From Eledone cirrhosa (Eukaryota), in assembly GCA_964016885.1 (NCBI GenBank), contig OZ024740.1:180668001-180732000 (forward strand): DNA of 64,000 bases. Direction: 5' to 3'. The notes under the pieces were generated by a model. It saw only the letters and a list, made by a program, of their open reading frames with translations, searched no databases and was not told the origin of the DNA. Positions 13,141 to 26,724 of this stretch are shown here, in pieces. The stretch's first letter is position 1. Each line of letters starts with the position of its first letter. Position numbers and translations under genes: made by a program.

Positions 13141-13820
13141 CACGGTATCACGGCTATTGGTTTGTTTTTATTGATTTATTATTTTGAATCGAGACAGGCA
13201 AAACGTATTATTTTAATTAGTATTTTTTAATCTAGCTAACTTGGTCATTTGCAATGCAAACACATGTATACTTGTAACAGTGTTTATCCCTATCATATAT
13301 TCATTTATATTACACGGCTCAGATATATTCCTTTCTTTGAACTATTAATTGTAAAAGACTATTTGAGTTTATCAAACTATATATAATATTCTCGGCTCCA
13401 CAAGTGAGCCGATTGTTAGTCCCATAAAACCGGCTGCTATTTTTAACGGCACGCGTATGAAACGTGCTAGGCGTACGACACATGTGCGTTCAACAACACA
13501 TTTCTCTCAGTCTTCTTAAGTATTTTGAAGTGAAACTTACCAATTTCAGGATACCTACAGAAGAGCACACGAATAGAAACTTTCACTTAATTGTTGCGAA
13601 ACAAATTTGAAATTTGAAATTTAAAATTTGTGCAGGTATCAAGGCTATTGCCAATATAGGTTTGTTTTTATTGATTTATTATTTTAAATCGAGACATGCA
13701 AACCGTATTATTTTAATTAGTATTTTTCAATCTAGCTAACTTGGTCATTTGTATTACACGGCTCAGAAATATATGTTTCTTTGAGCTATTTAATTGTAAA
13801 AGGCTATTTGAGTTTATAAC
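13141..13820 (+). mobile_element. Non-coding partial-tandem HHR element (~495 bp monomer)
   Basis: 13141-13375 is repeated at 13633-13820. Flanked by microsatellites. A degenerate HHR sits at the repeat junction. Confidence 0.7.
13550..13640 (+). ncRNA. Degenerate hammerhead ribozyme
   Basis: GATACCTa-CAGAAGA-GCA...TGC-GAAA-CAAATTT...AAATTTG-TG-cAGGTATC. Stems I-III are present; the core has U4A and H17 is G. Confidence 0.55.
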
Positions 13821-13826
13821 TCTCTT

Positions 13827-13924
<98 letters not shown>

Positions 13925-14107
13925 TGTGCGTGTGTTTGTGTGTGCATTAGTGTGTATGGCGTATGTGTGTCTGTGTGTGTGTTTGTGTTTGTAGGAGTGT
14001 GTGTGTGTATTCTTCTCCTTCACCACTAATTGATTTGACAGATGTTGACCCATTGATACCAAATATTATTCAATCAGTAGTTCGTATATCAATATATATC
14101 TATATAT

Positions 14108-14215
<108 letters not shown>

Positions 14216-14554
14216 GCTTGTGTGTATGTGTCTATATATGTATGCTTGCATGCATGAATGAATACGCTAAGCTTTAGATTTAGTAGAAGCACTGATTCCA
14301 CCTATTTTCACTATCGTATGTTTTGGTTTCTAGTAATTGCATGGGGAATTCGTTGACCAAATGCTTTCCTTAATTGTTTTATTTATTTAAAAAAAAAATG
14401 TATTCTTTCTGTTTGATTTTAGGTATTCTTTGACAGCAAAGCATTGGCACCTAAAATACTACAGTGTGCGCTGCGATGCTATTGTGGGCTCTTGCAATGC
14501 TATCCTGAGTCCCCTGGGCCCCATTTGCCATTGGGCAACCAGGCCAGTCCACCA

Positions 14555-14585
<31 letters not shown>

Positions 14586-15314
14586 GGGCGTGTGACACTG
14601 CACAAAAGACACAAACACAAGATGGTATAGGGGAGAGCAAAGGAGAGATACACAATAATAAATCAGTCATTGAAAAGATCAGATAATGTGTGACAAGGGT
14701 AACATGAATATATAAAAAAAATCCTGTTATTATATCAGACCAACTCTAAATGATTAATGAATTGAAGTGAAAACCAATATGTGCGATTGTTTTAATTTGC
14801 AGCATGATCCTCGCAAAGTATAACAATATGCATATATGTATTTATGTATATATATATATATATATATACATAAGATACAAAGGGATATATGTATATAATT
14901 AGACATAGACACAGATATATATATGAGTTTGGTAACCTTCCACAGATACATATATGATTTTGGCAACCTTCCACGTGTTAATTAAGCAAATAATCATTAA
15001 TCAGAGCTATATAGAAAATTGAAAGTTTGAAGAATTATTAGATAAAATATATACAGTATTTCCTCTCCCTAGTCCGTATAGATCAACAACTTAAATAATC
15101 ATTTAAACGAGGCTATAAGTTTAACATGTAACTATGAAGAAATAATAAACAAATGATACAGACTATCTTCCGAAAGGGACAGCCAGATAAAATTTACCTA
15201 GTTATTTCTTTTAGCCCATATAAATTGACTAGACAAATAATAAACTGCACGGAGTTAGATATATAATAAAAGTTTGAGGAAAAAAGGCATATAAACTTTA
15301 CCAACATTCGTCTA

Positions 15315-15404
15315 GTCTCGATCAAGTAGCGGTAGTTTCGTTCCTTTTTTGTGGATATACCCGATCTTGGATTCATCCACGAGGCTCGGAACTCATCAAG
15401 AGAC
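15315..15404 (-). ncRNA. Hammerhead motif, U3-G8 core, imperfect stem III
   Basis: Minus strand GTCTC-TTGATGA-GTTCC...GGAAC-GAAA-ctaccgctacttga-TC-GAGAC. Confidence 0.6.
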
Positions 15405-16055
15405 GCCCCGCCCCGAAACTGGTCTAAAGTTTCTACCATGATCTTCGCCAGAAATGAATTAAAATATGTCTAAGAAATATCACGTGGCTAGCGGTCAAGG
15501 AAACTGTAAGAGAATTTAAAGGGACCATCCAGCTACACGTGGGAGAGAGATGTCACAGTGTGTTTAGGGCAGTCAACCAGTGGTGTCTGAGGGATGAGCT
15601 GCTAGAAAGGGCAACCGAAAACCACTAGGAGAAGTGTGCTCAAACCAAACAGAGAGAGAAGAAAGACTGTTATAAGGAGCGAAATATCACGATAAATTAA
15701 CGGAGCCATAGACTGTCGCTATTCCCTGTCAATAATGTGCTCAGGGGAGAAGGAATCCTGAGCTCTTTAAATTACAATATGTTGAAAAGGTAACACATTA
15801 GAGAGAGATAGTGTGCCATGAATAAAACAGGGAAAAACCACCAGTGTATGGAATATATAACCTATGAAAGGCAGGGTACCCACACGATAATTAAAAATAT
15901 AAATTAAAGTGCATATACATACCTCTATATCTATATAACACACACGTACAAATCCAAAGAGATATGTTTCCACGCACAAATCCAAAGAGATCTCTCCCAC
16001 GTGTAGCTGGACGGTCGCTTTAAATTATCTTAGAGTTGTCTGAAACATATAGCCT

Positions 16056-16140
16056 TACACACGCTGATAAACCATGGGCTATTTCGTTTCTGTCAACAAC
16101 TTATTGGCGAAACATATCTCTTTGGATTTGTACGTGTGTA
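16056..16140 (+). ncRNA. Hammerhead motif with G8A change
   Basis: TACACACG-CTGATAA-aCCA...TGGc-GAAA-CATATCT cttt GGATTTG-TA-CGTGTGTA. Perfect 8-bp stem I, GUA triplet. Confidence 0.7.
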
Positions 16141-16290
16141 TTATATAGTTATAGACTTTAATTTATATTTTTAATTACCGTGTGTCTACCCTGCCTTTCA
16201 TAGGTTATAGATTCCATACACTGGTGGTTTTTCCCTGTTTTATTGATAGCACACTATCTATCTATAGTGTGTTATCTTTTCAACATATTG

Positions 16291-16340
<50 letters not shown>

Positions 16341-16759
16341 ACATAAACGGAGAAAGCCATTAGCGATACTCCGACCAATTTCCAACTCACTCAACAAACA
16401 TTAGGAAATACCGGAGTATATTTCTAATTAAACGTTTGGGGTGCTAACTCTATTGTATTGTGCGGAAAACTGGCTATATTATTGTATATGAGATATATTA
16501 AAACAAATCTCATTCCCCATACCATCGTTTCATTATAAGATTTCTACATGGTGGGTGAAATTATACCAAGTTATGCAGAAGCTTGTGTAAGATCAATGGA
16601 TTCTTATGCAAGTGGGCTCTTATAAATCTTCAGTGGGTATCCAATAATATTAATATCAATAACTAAATCAACATCAATATTTAGCGATAATCCCTGTCAG
16701 TGCTAGAACGATCTGCTCGGTTGTAAGTCCAGCAGGTATAAAGAAAATTTCACACTGTC

Positions 16760-16850
<91 letters not shown>

Positions 16851-17100
16851 CGGAAAATATGGAACGGAATTTCATTTCCCTCTCTTAGTACGGCTGTTAC
16901 TTAAATATAAGTATACATACATATATGTATACAGACGTACAGTAGTATGTATATATATATATATATATATACATACCTGAACGCATATATATTTGTACGT
17001 ATGGATTCACCGAACATTTATTATAATGCTCGGTGTGTCCTGTATTAAGCCGTAGTGTCCAGTAACCATCGTTTCTGGTTTGTTCAACACTGACAAAGGA

Positions 17101-17143
17101 ACGCTGTACTAGTTTCAAGCTTATTAGCACTCGTCAGAAATGT
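17101..17143 (-). ncRNA. Minimal hammerhead (422-bp family, copy 1)
   Basis: Minus strand CTGACGA-gtgctaataagctt-GAAA-CTAG-TA-CAGCGT. Confidence 0.75.
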
Positions 17144-17522
17144 ATACCTTCCTGCCAGATTGTTGAACGTATATACTTATCTTATGCATATTAACGGTTG
17201 AGTAGCCCAATTTGCATATCGAGTGGGTTAATCGGCCGGGTGCACCGAAAACGATAAACTGAAAAAATGAAACGAAATTTCATTTCCCACTATTAGTACG
17301 GCTGTTACTTAAATATAAGTATGTACACGTACATACATATATGTATACAGACGTACAGTATTATGTATATATGTATATCTATAAATGCACACATATATAT
17401 ATGTACGTATGGATTCACCGAACAGTTATTATAATGCTCGGTGTGTCTCTAAACAAACATCCGGTATTAAGCCGTAGTGTGCAGCAACCATCGTTGATCG
17501 TTTGTTCAACACTGACAAAGGA

Positions 17523-17565
17523 ACGCTGTACTAGTTTCAAGCTTATTAGCTATCGTCAGCAAAGT
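17523..17565 (-). ncRNA. Minimal hammerhead (422-bp family, copy 2)
   Basis: Minus strand ACTTTG-CTGACGA-tAGCT aata AGCTt-GAAA-CTAG-TA-CAGCGT. Stem III is the palindrome ACTAGT. Confidence 0.85.
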
Positions 17566-18003
17566 ATACCTTCCTGCCAGATTGTTGAACGTATATACTT
17601 ACCTTACGCATATTAACGGCTGAATACCCCAATTTGCATATCGAGTGGGTTAATCGGCCGGGTGCACCGAATACGATAAACGGAAAAAATGAAACGAAAT
17701 TTCATTTCACACTCTTACGGCTGTTACTTAAATATAAGTATGTACACGTACATACATATATGTATACGGACGTATATATATACATACATGCACACATATA
17801 TATATATGTACGTATGGATTCACCGAATATTTATTATAAGTAACAGACGTACTAAGAGTGGGAAATGAAATTTCGTTTCATTTTTTCCGTTTATCGTTTT
17901 CGGTGCACACGGCGATTAACCCACTTGATATGCAAATTGCGCTACTCAGCCGTTAATATGCATAAGGTAAGTATATACGGTCAACAATCTGGCAGGAAGG
18001 TAT

Positions 18004-18046
18004 ACGTTCCTGACGATAGCTAATAAGCTTGAAACTAGTACAGCGT
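18004..18046 (+). ncRNA. Minimal hammerhead (422-bp family, inverted copy)
   Basis: ACGTTC-CTGACGA-tAGCTaataAGCTt-GAAA-CTAG-TA-CAGCGT. Confidence 0.82.
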
Positions 18047-18365
18047 TCCTTTGTCAGTGTTGAACAAACTAGCAATGATGGTTGTTGGACACTACAGCTT
18101 AATACGGGTTGGTTGTTTACAGACACACCTAGCATTATAATAAATGTTCGGTGAATACATACGTACATATATATATGTGTGCATGTATGTGTATATATAT
18201 ACATACTAATCTACGTTGTATACATATATGTATGTACGTGTACATACTTATAATTATATAATTTCTGCTTGACCGGTAAACGCTCTGTATAATCAGTTCC
18301 TGATTATTTACTAGAATTCTATAAGAACCAAACATCCATGACTTCAGCAAACACGATGCGTAGTT

Positions 18366-18410
18366 GTCTTTGATAAGCATCAATAAATGCGAAACAAGGC
18401 CTTGTCAGTT
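18366..18410 (+). ncRNA. Hammerhead, U3-A8 variant (318-bp family, copy 1)
   Basis: gtct-TTGATAA-GCAT caataa ATGC-GAAA-CAAGGCCTTG-TC-agtt. Confidence 0.72.
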
Positions 18411-18683
18411 TATCTACCCCTGTTTGCTGAAATTAAAATAAGTGAGTCCGTCACTACTCTAAAACACTAGCATAAGGTCTTCGAAATGCTTTTAATTAAC
18501 CATACTGTGTATTACAAAATACACTATATATACATTCATATATATATAGCTATTTCAGAGCACCAATTCTAATTTTCAATTTCTGCTTGACCAGCAGCCG
18601 CTCTGTATAATCAGTTCCTGATTATTTACTAGAATTCAATAAGAACCAAACATCCATGATTACAGCAAACAGGAAGAATAGTT

Positions 18684-18728
18684 GGCTTTGATAAGCATCA
18701 ATAAATGCGAAACAAGGCCTTGTCAGTT
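18684..18728 (+). ncRNA. Hammerhead, U3-A8 variant (318-bp family, copy 2)
   Basis: GGCT-TTGATAA-GCAT caataa ATGC-GAAA-CAAGGCCTTG-TC-AGTT. Stem III is the 12-nt palindrome ACAAGGCCTTGT. Confidence 0.78.
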
Positions 18729-18883
18729 TTATCTCCCCCTGTTTGCTGAAATTAAAGTAAGTGAGTGTGTCACTACTCTAAAACAATAGCATAACGTCTT
18801 CGAAATGCTTTTAATTAAGCATACAGTGTATTGCAAAATACACTATATATACATTCATATACATATATATATATAATATATCA

Positions 18884-19201
18884 TATCAAAAGATGGTTAA
18901 AAGAGTTCCATGTAATTTATTATGCGCATTTCAAAAACAAATATCATAATGCAATAACATTTCTGTTTTTATCAGATAAAATAGGAAGACATGATATGAA
19001 AGTTAAAGAACACTTGTGAATAGTGCAGTTTTAAATCAACATATGTTGATTTAAAACTGCACTATTCACAAGTGTTCTTTAACTTTCATATCATGTCTTC
19101 CTATTTTATCTGATAAAAACAGAAATGTTATTGCATTATGATATTTGTTTTTGAAATGCGCATAATAAAATACATGGAACTCTTTTAACCATCTTTTGAT
19201 A
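18884..19201. repeat. Spacerless near-perfect 318-bp palindrome
   Basis: Two 159-bp arms centred between 19042 and 19043 (TCAAC ATAT GTTGA). One mismatch seen. Confidence 0.95.
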
Positions 19202-19293
19202 CTATATTACGTATACTCCAGTCCTACAAACTGTAGAGTGCTTCTTATCCGATATCTGCATTGCTTTATTGTACTACAATAAAACTCACCTCC

Positions 19294-19922
<629 letters not shown>

Positions 19923-19960
19923 AAGTTATATGAATCAAATTTCTGTTCAAATCATCTATA

Positions 19961-20007
19961 TGCTTAAAATTGTTTCCTCCAAACCGAGGTTGGGATTCTT
20001 CGGAGCA
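19961..20007 (-). ncRNA. PLE hammerhead (inverted pLTR copy), U4C core
   Basis: Minus strand TGCT-CCGAAGA-atcccaacctcggtttggag-GAAA-CAATTT-TA-AGCA. Confidence 0.65.
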
Positions 20008-21928
20008 ATTTATTAATGAATGATCACATGTATGACCTCCTTTTCAACCCAATAGACATACAGAAACATATGCATATATTGTTGCTAGGTGGGTCGACAT
20101 CCATTATAACATTTAGCATGGCAATATACATTTAAACATTACAGTCATATCAAAAGAGGATAAAATTAGAATTAAAGTTAAAATACAACATGAAATTAAT
20201 GCGATAGGATAGTCAGAAGCAGTTAATGTGTGCAATAGTTACACGTGTGGCAAGCACGTGTGTCTTATTTATATGATATTATAGTGCGGCAGGGTGTTAC
20301 ATGTAATACAAGCACTTCAAGCGGGTAACATCTGTCTACTAGAGGCCCATACTATTATCTTCTCTAACAATAACCTACTTAACAAAAATCTGAACTGTTC
20401 GCGTCTTGCCAGCACCGCTTCCGACATTCCTTCCAAAACTTAAAACCCAATATATAGCAATGTCAGACTTGAACCAGTCACCACCTGTAGCATCAAACCC
20501 CAATTGCACACGTTATACCACATCCCCACATTCATTGATCCAATATAACACAAATAGTGACATCCCTCTAGAACCCTTTACAGTAGAAATACCCCCTTGT
20601 ACAGCTACTTTCGGTGTGACAGCCTTCAAATACTTGAACTACATTACACCATTATATAATTAATGTAAAATTTAAACATTGAATTGATTGTATTGTTGGT
20701 CTTCTGTGGATGGAGTGTCATCGTTGGATAAGTGGAAGACTAATTAATTTATTAACATGGATGAGCTATATAAGCTATATGCTGAGTGCAGTGAATGATA
20801 TGCAAGTGGCGTATGAGTTGTACATATATGTATGAATTGATAGTCGGATTAGTGACATGGTAAGTGAGGATTGACCTCTGGTCTACCCTAGTGATAGTTA
20901 ACTTTGACATCCAATCTGACATGCACTGACCCAGAGCTTACCAGGAATTATTATACATAGAAGTGATTCTATTAAAACCCTGCCAGGTTCTACGAGTGGA
21001 CTACAATTACAATGATCATTGATCTGGGGATCTGGCTCTTCGTGTGAAATATTCAATTGTGGCACTCTATAATGGAGGAAAATCACCCTAATATGTACAC
21101 CTTTAATACTTCTTGATAGACTTCACTGTAATTATAGATAGGACACTTTAAATTTTTAACAACTGTTTATAACCGTATAATTAGGGACTCGTTTGAGACA
21201 CTATTTAATGTACATTAGGATAATATTTAGTTATAGAAATCAGCGAGTTACCTCCCCTCACGCATTAACTCCCCTTAGTCACACACACACTTCCGGAAAA
21301 TAATACGATGTTAATTCTCGCAACTAAAGTAACCTGCTATATAAATTTGACTAAAGACCAACAAACTATGATACTATAACAGAATCATCAAACATCCAAT
21401 ATTGAATCGTCGTGGATTATGTGAGGGGCATATAATCTAGATATTACGCTCTCCGGACTGTGAAAATGATGTAGTACACGAAAACTATATCATCGCTTTG
21501 CTACACATTTCTAATATTTTTTATATTTATAATATTTCTCTACACACAAGCTTCTATAACATTCATATAAAAGATACATTACCAGTACAACCCCTTTAAT
21601 CACTTGATTACCCGCTTGAAGTGATTGTATTACATGTAACACCCTGCCACACTATAATATTATATATATAAGATACACGTGCTTGCCACACGTGTAACTA
21701 TTGCACACACTAACTGCTTCTGACTATCCTATCGCATTAATTTCATGTTGTATTTTAACTTTAATTTTAATTTTATCCTCTTTTGATATGACTGTAATAT
21801 TTAAATGTATATTGCCACGCTAAATGTTATAATGGATGTCGACCCACCAAGCAACAATATATGCATATGTTTCTGTATGTCTCATGAGTTGAAAAGGAGG
21901 TCATATATGTGATCGTTCATTAATAAAT

Positions 21929-21975
21929 TGGTCCGAAGAATCCCAACCTCGATTTGGAGGAAACAATTGTAAGCA
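21929..21975 (+). ncRNA. PLE hammerhead (5' pLTR), U4C core
   Basis: tggt-CCGAAGA-stem II-GAAA-CAATTG-TA-agca. Stem III is the palindrome ACAATTGT. Confidence 0.65.
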
Positions 21976-22232
21976 TATAAATGATTTGAACAGCACTTTG
22001 ATTCATATAACTTATATATAACTGTTCTGTAAAACAACTGATGTTATTACATTGAGCTATTTATCTTACTGGTAATAAGGTAGTAATATATTACTGCCTA
22101 TCACTATTTAGGGTTTGAAAAAATATATATAACTACAAAAGGTTTTTGTATATGCATAACCATAAATAGTATCCTTAATACTATTAACTGCTCCATACTG
22201 TTGAGCTGACATACAATAAATACCAACTCCCT

Positions 22233-24650
22233 ATGTCAACCAAGAACATACCAATACCATCCAAGAATACATATGAAAAATTGTTGATCGACAGTGTAAA
22301 TTCCTTTATCAATAGAGTGAGATGGAGGACATTCCATTATGATAAAAACAAATATAACAAGGTTTATAATACTAACAATTTCACTCCTTCGGCTTTAAAA
22401 CCTTTAGAAGCCCACCTCATAACACACTAGTAAACTCCTTTGAAAATGACCTAATAAAACTAGTTAAGAACATTGAATAGAATAAGTACCGTAATAGAAA
22501 CAACACCTTCTTAAACAAACTTAACACCTCTATTAATGAATTGAAAACTAGTAATAAAATTATTGTACATGCGGATAAAACTAATAACGTATACAGCCTA
22601 GATTATAATACTTATAGAAAGTTTATATATAATGAACTACATAAAAGCTACAAGAAAACTCCTATGAAAAACTTAGAAGATATTAATATAGAGGGATATA
22701 ATATTGTGTCTAAACTAGGACTTCAGAGGCATACACAACCATATACCCCAAATCCCCTAGATTCTCTCTGAAGGACCATAAGGAGGACTTCATTAGCAAC
22801 CCCTCGATTAGACTTATCTGCCCTTCCAAGTCTGACATTGGCGTTATCAGTAAGAAAATTTTAGATAAAATCATCCCACAGATTAAACACAAGATATACC
22901 TTAAACAATGGGGAAATACGGGTGAAGTTATTGAATGGTTCAAAGATATCAAGGATAACAAGGACAACAAATTTATTCAATTTGATATCAAATCATACTA
23001 CACCTCTATTTCCCCTATCCTATTAAATAAGGCACTAATCATGGCCATGAACAATAGCGACCTGTCTAGAACCCAGATTGATGTCATTCTTGCGATCTGT
23101 AAAACCGTAATCACCTTTGAAGACCAATTATGGACCCGCAAGGATACGCACAACAACTTCGACATAACCATGGGGTCTAGTGACTCGGTACAGCTCACTG
23201 ATTTGGTCGGCCTATACTTACTTAATGAAATCTATAAGGACCTTCCATACCTCAACGGTGGTTTGTACCGCGATGATGCACTTCTACTTATAGAATATGA
23301 AACATTCAATATAGAAAGAACTAGAAAACTCTTGCACAGGACATTCAAAAACTATAACCTTAGTATCACCATGGACGGACAAAAACACTAAAAACGTTAA
23401 CTTCCTAGACGCCACCCTTTACCTAGACTCAAAGATATATACACCTTTCCATAAACCTAACGAAAAACTCATTTACGTAGATACCAAGTCTAACCACCCT
23501 AGATCAATATTAAACTCTATCTCTAAGGGGGTATCCAATAGAATCACTAATCTATCATATGATGCAAACATATTTAGCAAAAACTCGCAATATTATAATC
23601 AAGCATTAGCTAGATCTGGCCATAATATAGAGATTGAGTTCCTACCTACGAAAACACATAGCTACAACATTATCTCGCACAATATGTCCATGAGTAAACT
23701 TAGTAATAAGAATAGCAACCACACACACACTAAAACGGAGGATGCCATCAAAAGTAACCCACACCACAGAAACTACCATAGTACCTTAAGAGGAAACAAC
23801 ACACCAGACATAAAAAACAAAAATAGAAGAAGAAATAATACATTTTTCAACCCTCCTTTCAACCTAAACATCTCTACCAACATACCTAGGGCTTTCTTCT
23901 CACTACTAGATAAAAACTTCCCTCCTGGACACAAGTACCATAACCTTTTAAACAAAAACACTATTAAAATCTCCTACTCTACGACGCCTAACATAGCATA
24001 TCACATAGCTAGTAGCAATAAAATAAAAATTAATTCTTACTTCCAACAAACTAAATCGCAACTGGAGGTAAACCTTCAAAATAACTTTATAGCAAGTAAC
24101 CCTAATAACGGTAGTAATAGTAGTAATAGCACTAGTATAAGCAATAACACCGGGGTCGACAACCCCCATATCCAAAATCCTACAGCTACCACCCGGACTT
24201 CTACACAACATATTAACCAGCAGACTAAAAGCCAGAATAATTGTAACTGAAGAGCAAATAGAACTTGCCCTTTAGATAAAAAAATCCTTAATCAAGGATA
24301 TCATATACTCATGCACCGTCACAACTAGCAACTCTTCAGAAACCTATGTAGGCTCCACTTCTAACTGCTTCAAAACCAGATATAATTCGCACATCCACTC
24401 GTTCAAATACACAGTCCACCTCACTATCTAGCTACATACACTATCTAAAGACTAAAAATAAATCTTACACACTTAAATGGGAAGTGATAGGTAGCGCGAC
24501 TTCGTACAAACCACCTAATACATTTTGTAACCTCTGTCTACTAGAGACCCATACTATTATCTTCCCTAACTATAACCTACTTAACAAAAAATCTCAAGTG
24601 TTCGCGTCTTGCCAGCACCGCTTCCGACCTTCCTTCCAAAACTTAAAACC
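22233..24650 (+). pseudogene. Frameshifted PLE RT + GIY-YIG polyprotein
   Basis: Motifs STKNIPIPS, RVRW, HADKT, LKDHK, FDIKSYYTSI, MGSSDS, YRDDAL, FFNPP, KISYS, CN*R-x4-CPL, IIY...YVGST...RYNSH and CNLCLLE. Confidence 0.9.
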
Positions 24651-26129
24651 CAATATATAGCATGTCAGACTTGAACCAGGCACTACCTCTAGCATCAAAC
24701 CCTAAGGGCACACCTTATACCACATCCCCACACTCATTGATCCGATATAACACAAATAGTGACATCCCTCTAGAACACTTTACAGCAGAAATACCCCCTT
24801 GTACAGCTACTTTCGGTGTAACTGCCTTCAAATACTTGAACTACATTACACAAGTATATAATTAATGTAAAATTTAAACGTTGAATTGATTGTACTGTTG
24901 GTGTTCTGTGGATGGAGTGCCATCGTTGGATAAGTGGAAGACTAATTAATTTATTAACATTGATGAGCTATATAACCTATATGCTGAGTGCAGCGAATGA
25001 TATGCAAGTGACGTATGAGTTGTACATATATGTATGAATTGATAGTCGGATTAGTGATATGGTAAGTGAGGATTGACCTCTGGTCTACCCAAGTGATAGT
25101 TAACTTTGACATCCAATCTGGCATGCACTGACTCAGAGCTTACCAGGAATTATTATATATAGAAGTGATTCTATTAAAACCCTGCCAGGTTCTACGAGCG
25201 GACTACAATTACAATGATCATTGATCTGGGGATCTGGCTCTTCGTGTGAAATATTCAATTGTGGCATGCTATAATGGAGGATAATCACCCTCATGTGTAC
25301 ACCTTTAATACTTCTTGATAGACTTCACTGTAATTATAGATAGGACACTTTACATTTTTAGAAACTGTTTATAACCATAGAAGATAGGGACTCTTTTGAG
25401 ACACCATTTAATGTAGATTAGGATAATATTTAGTTATAGAAATCAGCGAGTTACCTCCCCTCACGCATTAACTCCCCTTAGTCACACACACACTTCCGGA
25501 AAATATTACTATGTTAATTCTCGCAACTAAAGCAACCTGCTATATAAATTGGACTAATACCAACAAACTATGATACTATAACAGAATCATCAAACATCCA
25601 ATATTGAATCGTCGTGGATTATGTGAGGGGCATATAATCTAGATATTACGCTCTCCGGACTGTGAAAATGGTGTCGTATACGAAACCATATTATCGTTTT
25701 GCTACACATTTCTAATATTTTTAATATTTATAATATTTCTCTACACACAAGCTTCTATAACATTCATATAAAAGATACATTACCAGTACAACCCCCTTAA
25801 AACTATTGATTACCCGCTTGAAGTGCTATTATTACATGTAACACCCTGCCACACTATAATATTATATAAATAAGACTACGTGCTTGCCAGACGTGTAACT
25901 ATTGCACACACTAACTGCTTCTGACTATCCTATAGCATTAATTTCATGTTGTATTTTAACTTTAATTTTAATTTTATCCTCTTTTGATATGACTGTAATA
26001 TTTAAATGTATATTGCCACGCTAAATGTTATAATGGATGTCGACCCACCAAGCAACAATATATGCATATGTCTCTGTATGTCTCTTGGTTTGAAAAGGAG
26101 GTCATATATGTGATCATTCATTAATAAAT

Positions 26130-26176
26130 CGGTCCGAAGAAACCAAACCTCTGTTTGGAGGAAACAATTGTAAGCA
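26130..26176 (+). ncRNA. PLE hammerhead (3' pLTR), U4C core
   Basis: CCGAAGA-aaCCAAAC ctct GTTTGGag-GAAA-CAATTG-TA-agca. Confidence 0.65.
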
Positions 26177-26384
26177 TATAAATGATTTCAACAGAACTTT
26201 GATTCATATAACTTATATATAACTGCTCTGTAAAACAACTGATGTTATTACATTGAGCTATTTATCTTACTGGTAATAAGGTAGTAATATATTACTGCCT
26301 ATCACTATTTAGGGTTTGAAAAAATATATATAACTTCAAAAGGTTTTTGTATATGCATAACTATAAATAGTATCCTTAATACTA

Positions 26385-26508
<124 letters not shown>

Positions 26509-26724
26509 CATATATATATACATATATATATATTAATATATATATATATATATAGAATTAGTACATTTACCAACATATGTGTACAGATGTTCACCTATGC
26601 TAGCAAATATATATGTTATGTATTAGTACATTTGTGGTTCTATGCAGAGGGATGCAGAACAATTATACGGAAGACGTAAAATATGAACATTTAAAAAATT
26701 AAAAATCAACTTACTAAAATGTTC

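Larger units (their letters stand above)
15000..16293. mobile_element. Composite head-to-head non-coding element with two different HHRs (left boundary approximate)
   Basis: 15771-15970 is inverted at 16109-16293, and 15503-15549 is inverted at 15992-16037. Ends in (TA)n. Confidence 0.65.
16845..18251. mobile_element. Retrozyme-like array: ~2.3 tandem 422-bp monomers (minus sense) plus one inverted monomer
   Basis: Repeats start at ~16850, ~17262 and ~17680. The inversion junction is at ~17840. There is one HHR per complete monomer and no real ORF. Confidence 0.88.
18261..18860 (+). mobile_element. Retrozyme-like dimer, 318-bp monomer
   Basis: ATTTCTGCTTGACC... occurs at 18261 and 18579. 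One HHR per unit. Confidence 0.85.

Noticed and set aside
16845-18860. CRISPR-like or simple satellite interpretation of the tandem arrays
   Set aside because: The context is eukaryotic and whole units repeat without unique spacers. One HHR per unit points to retrozyme-type elements.
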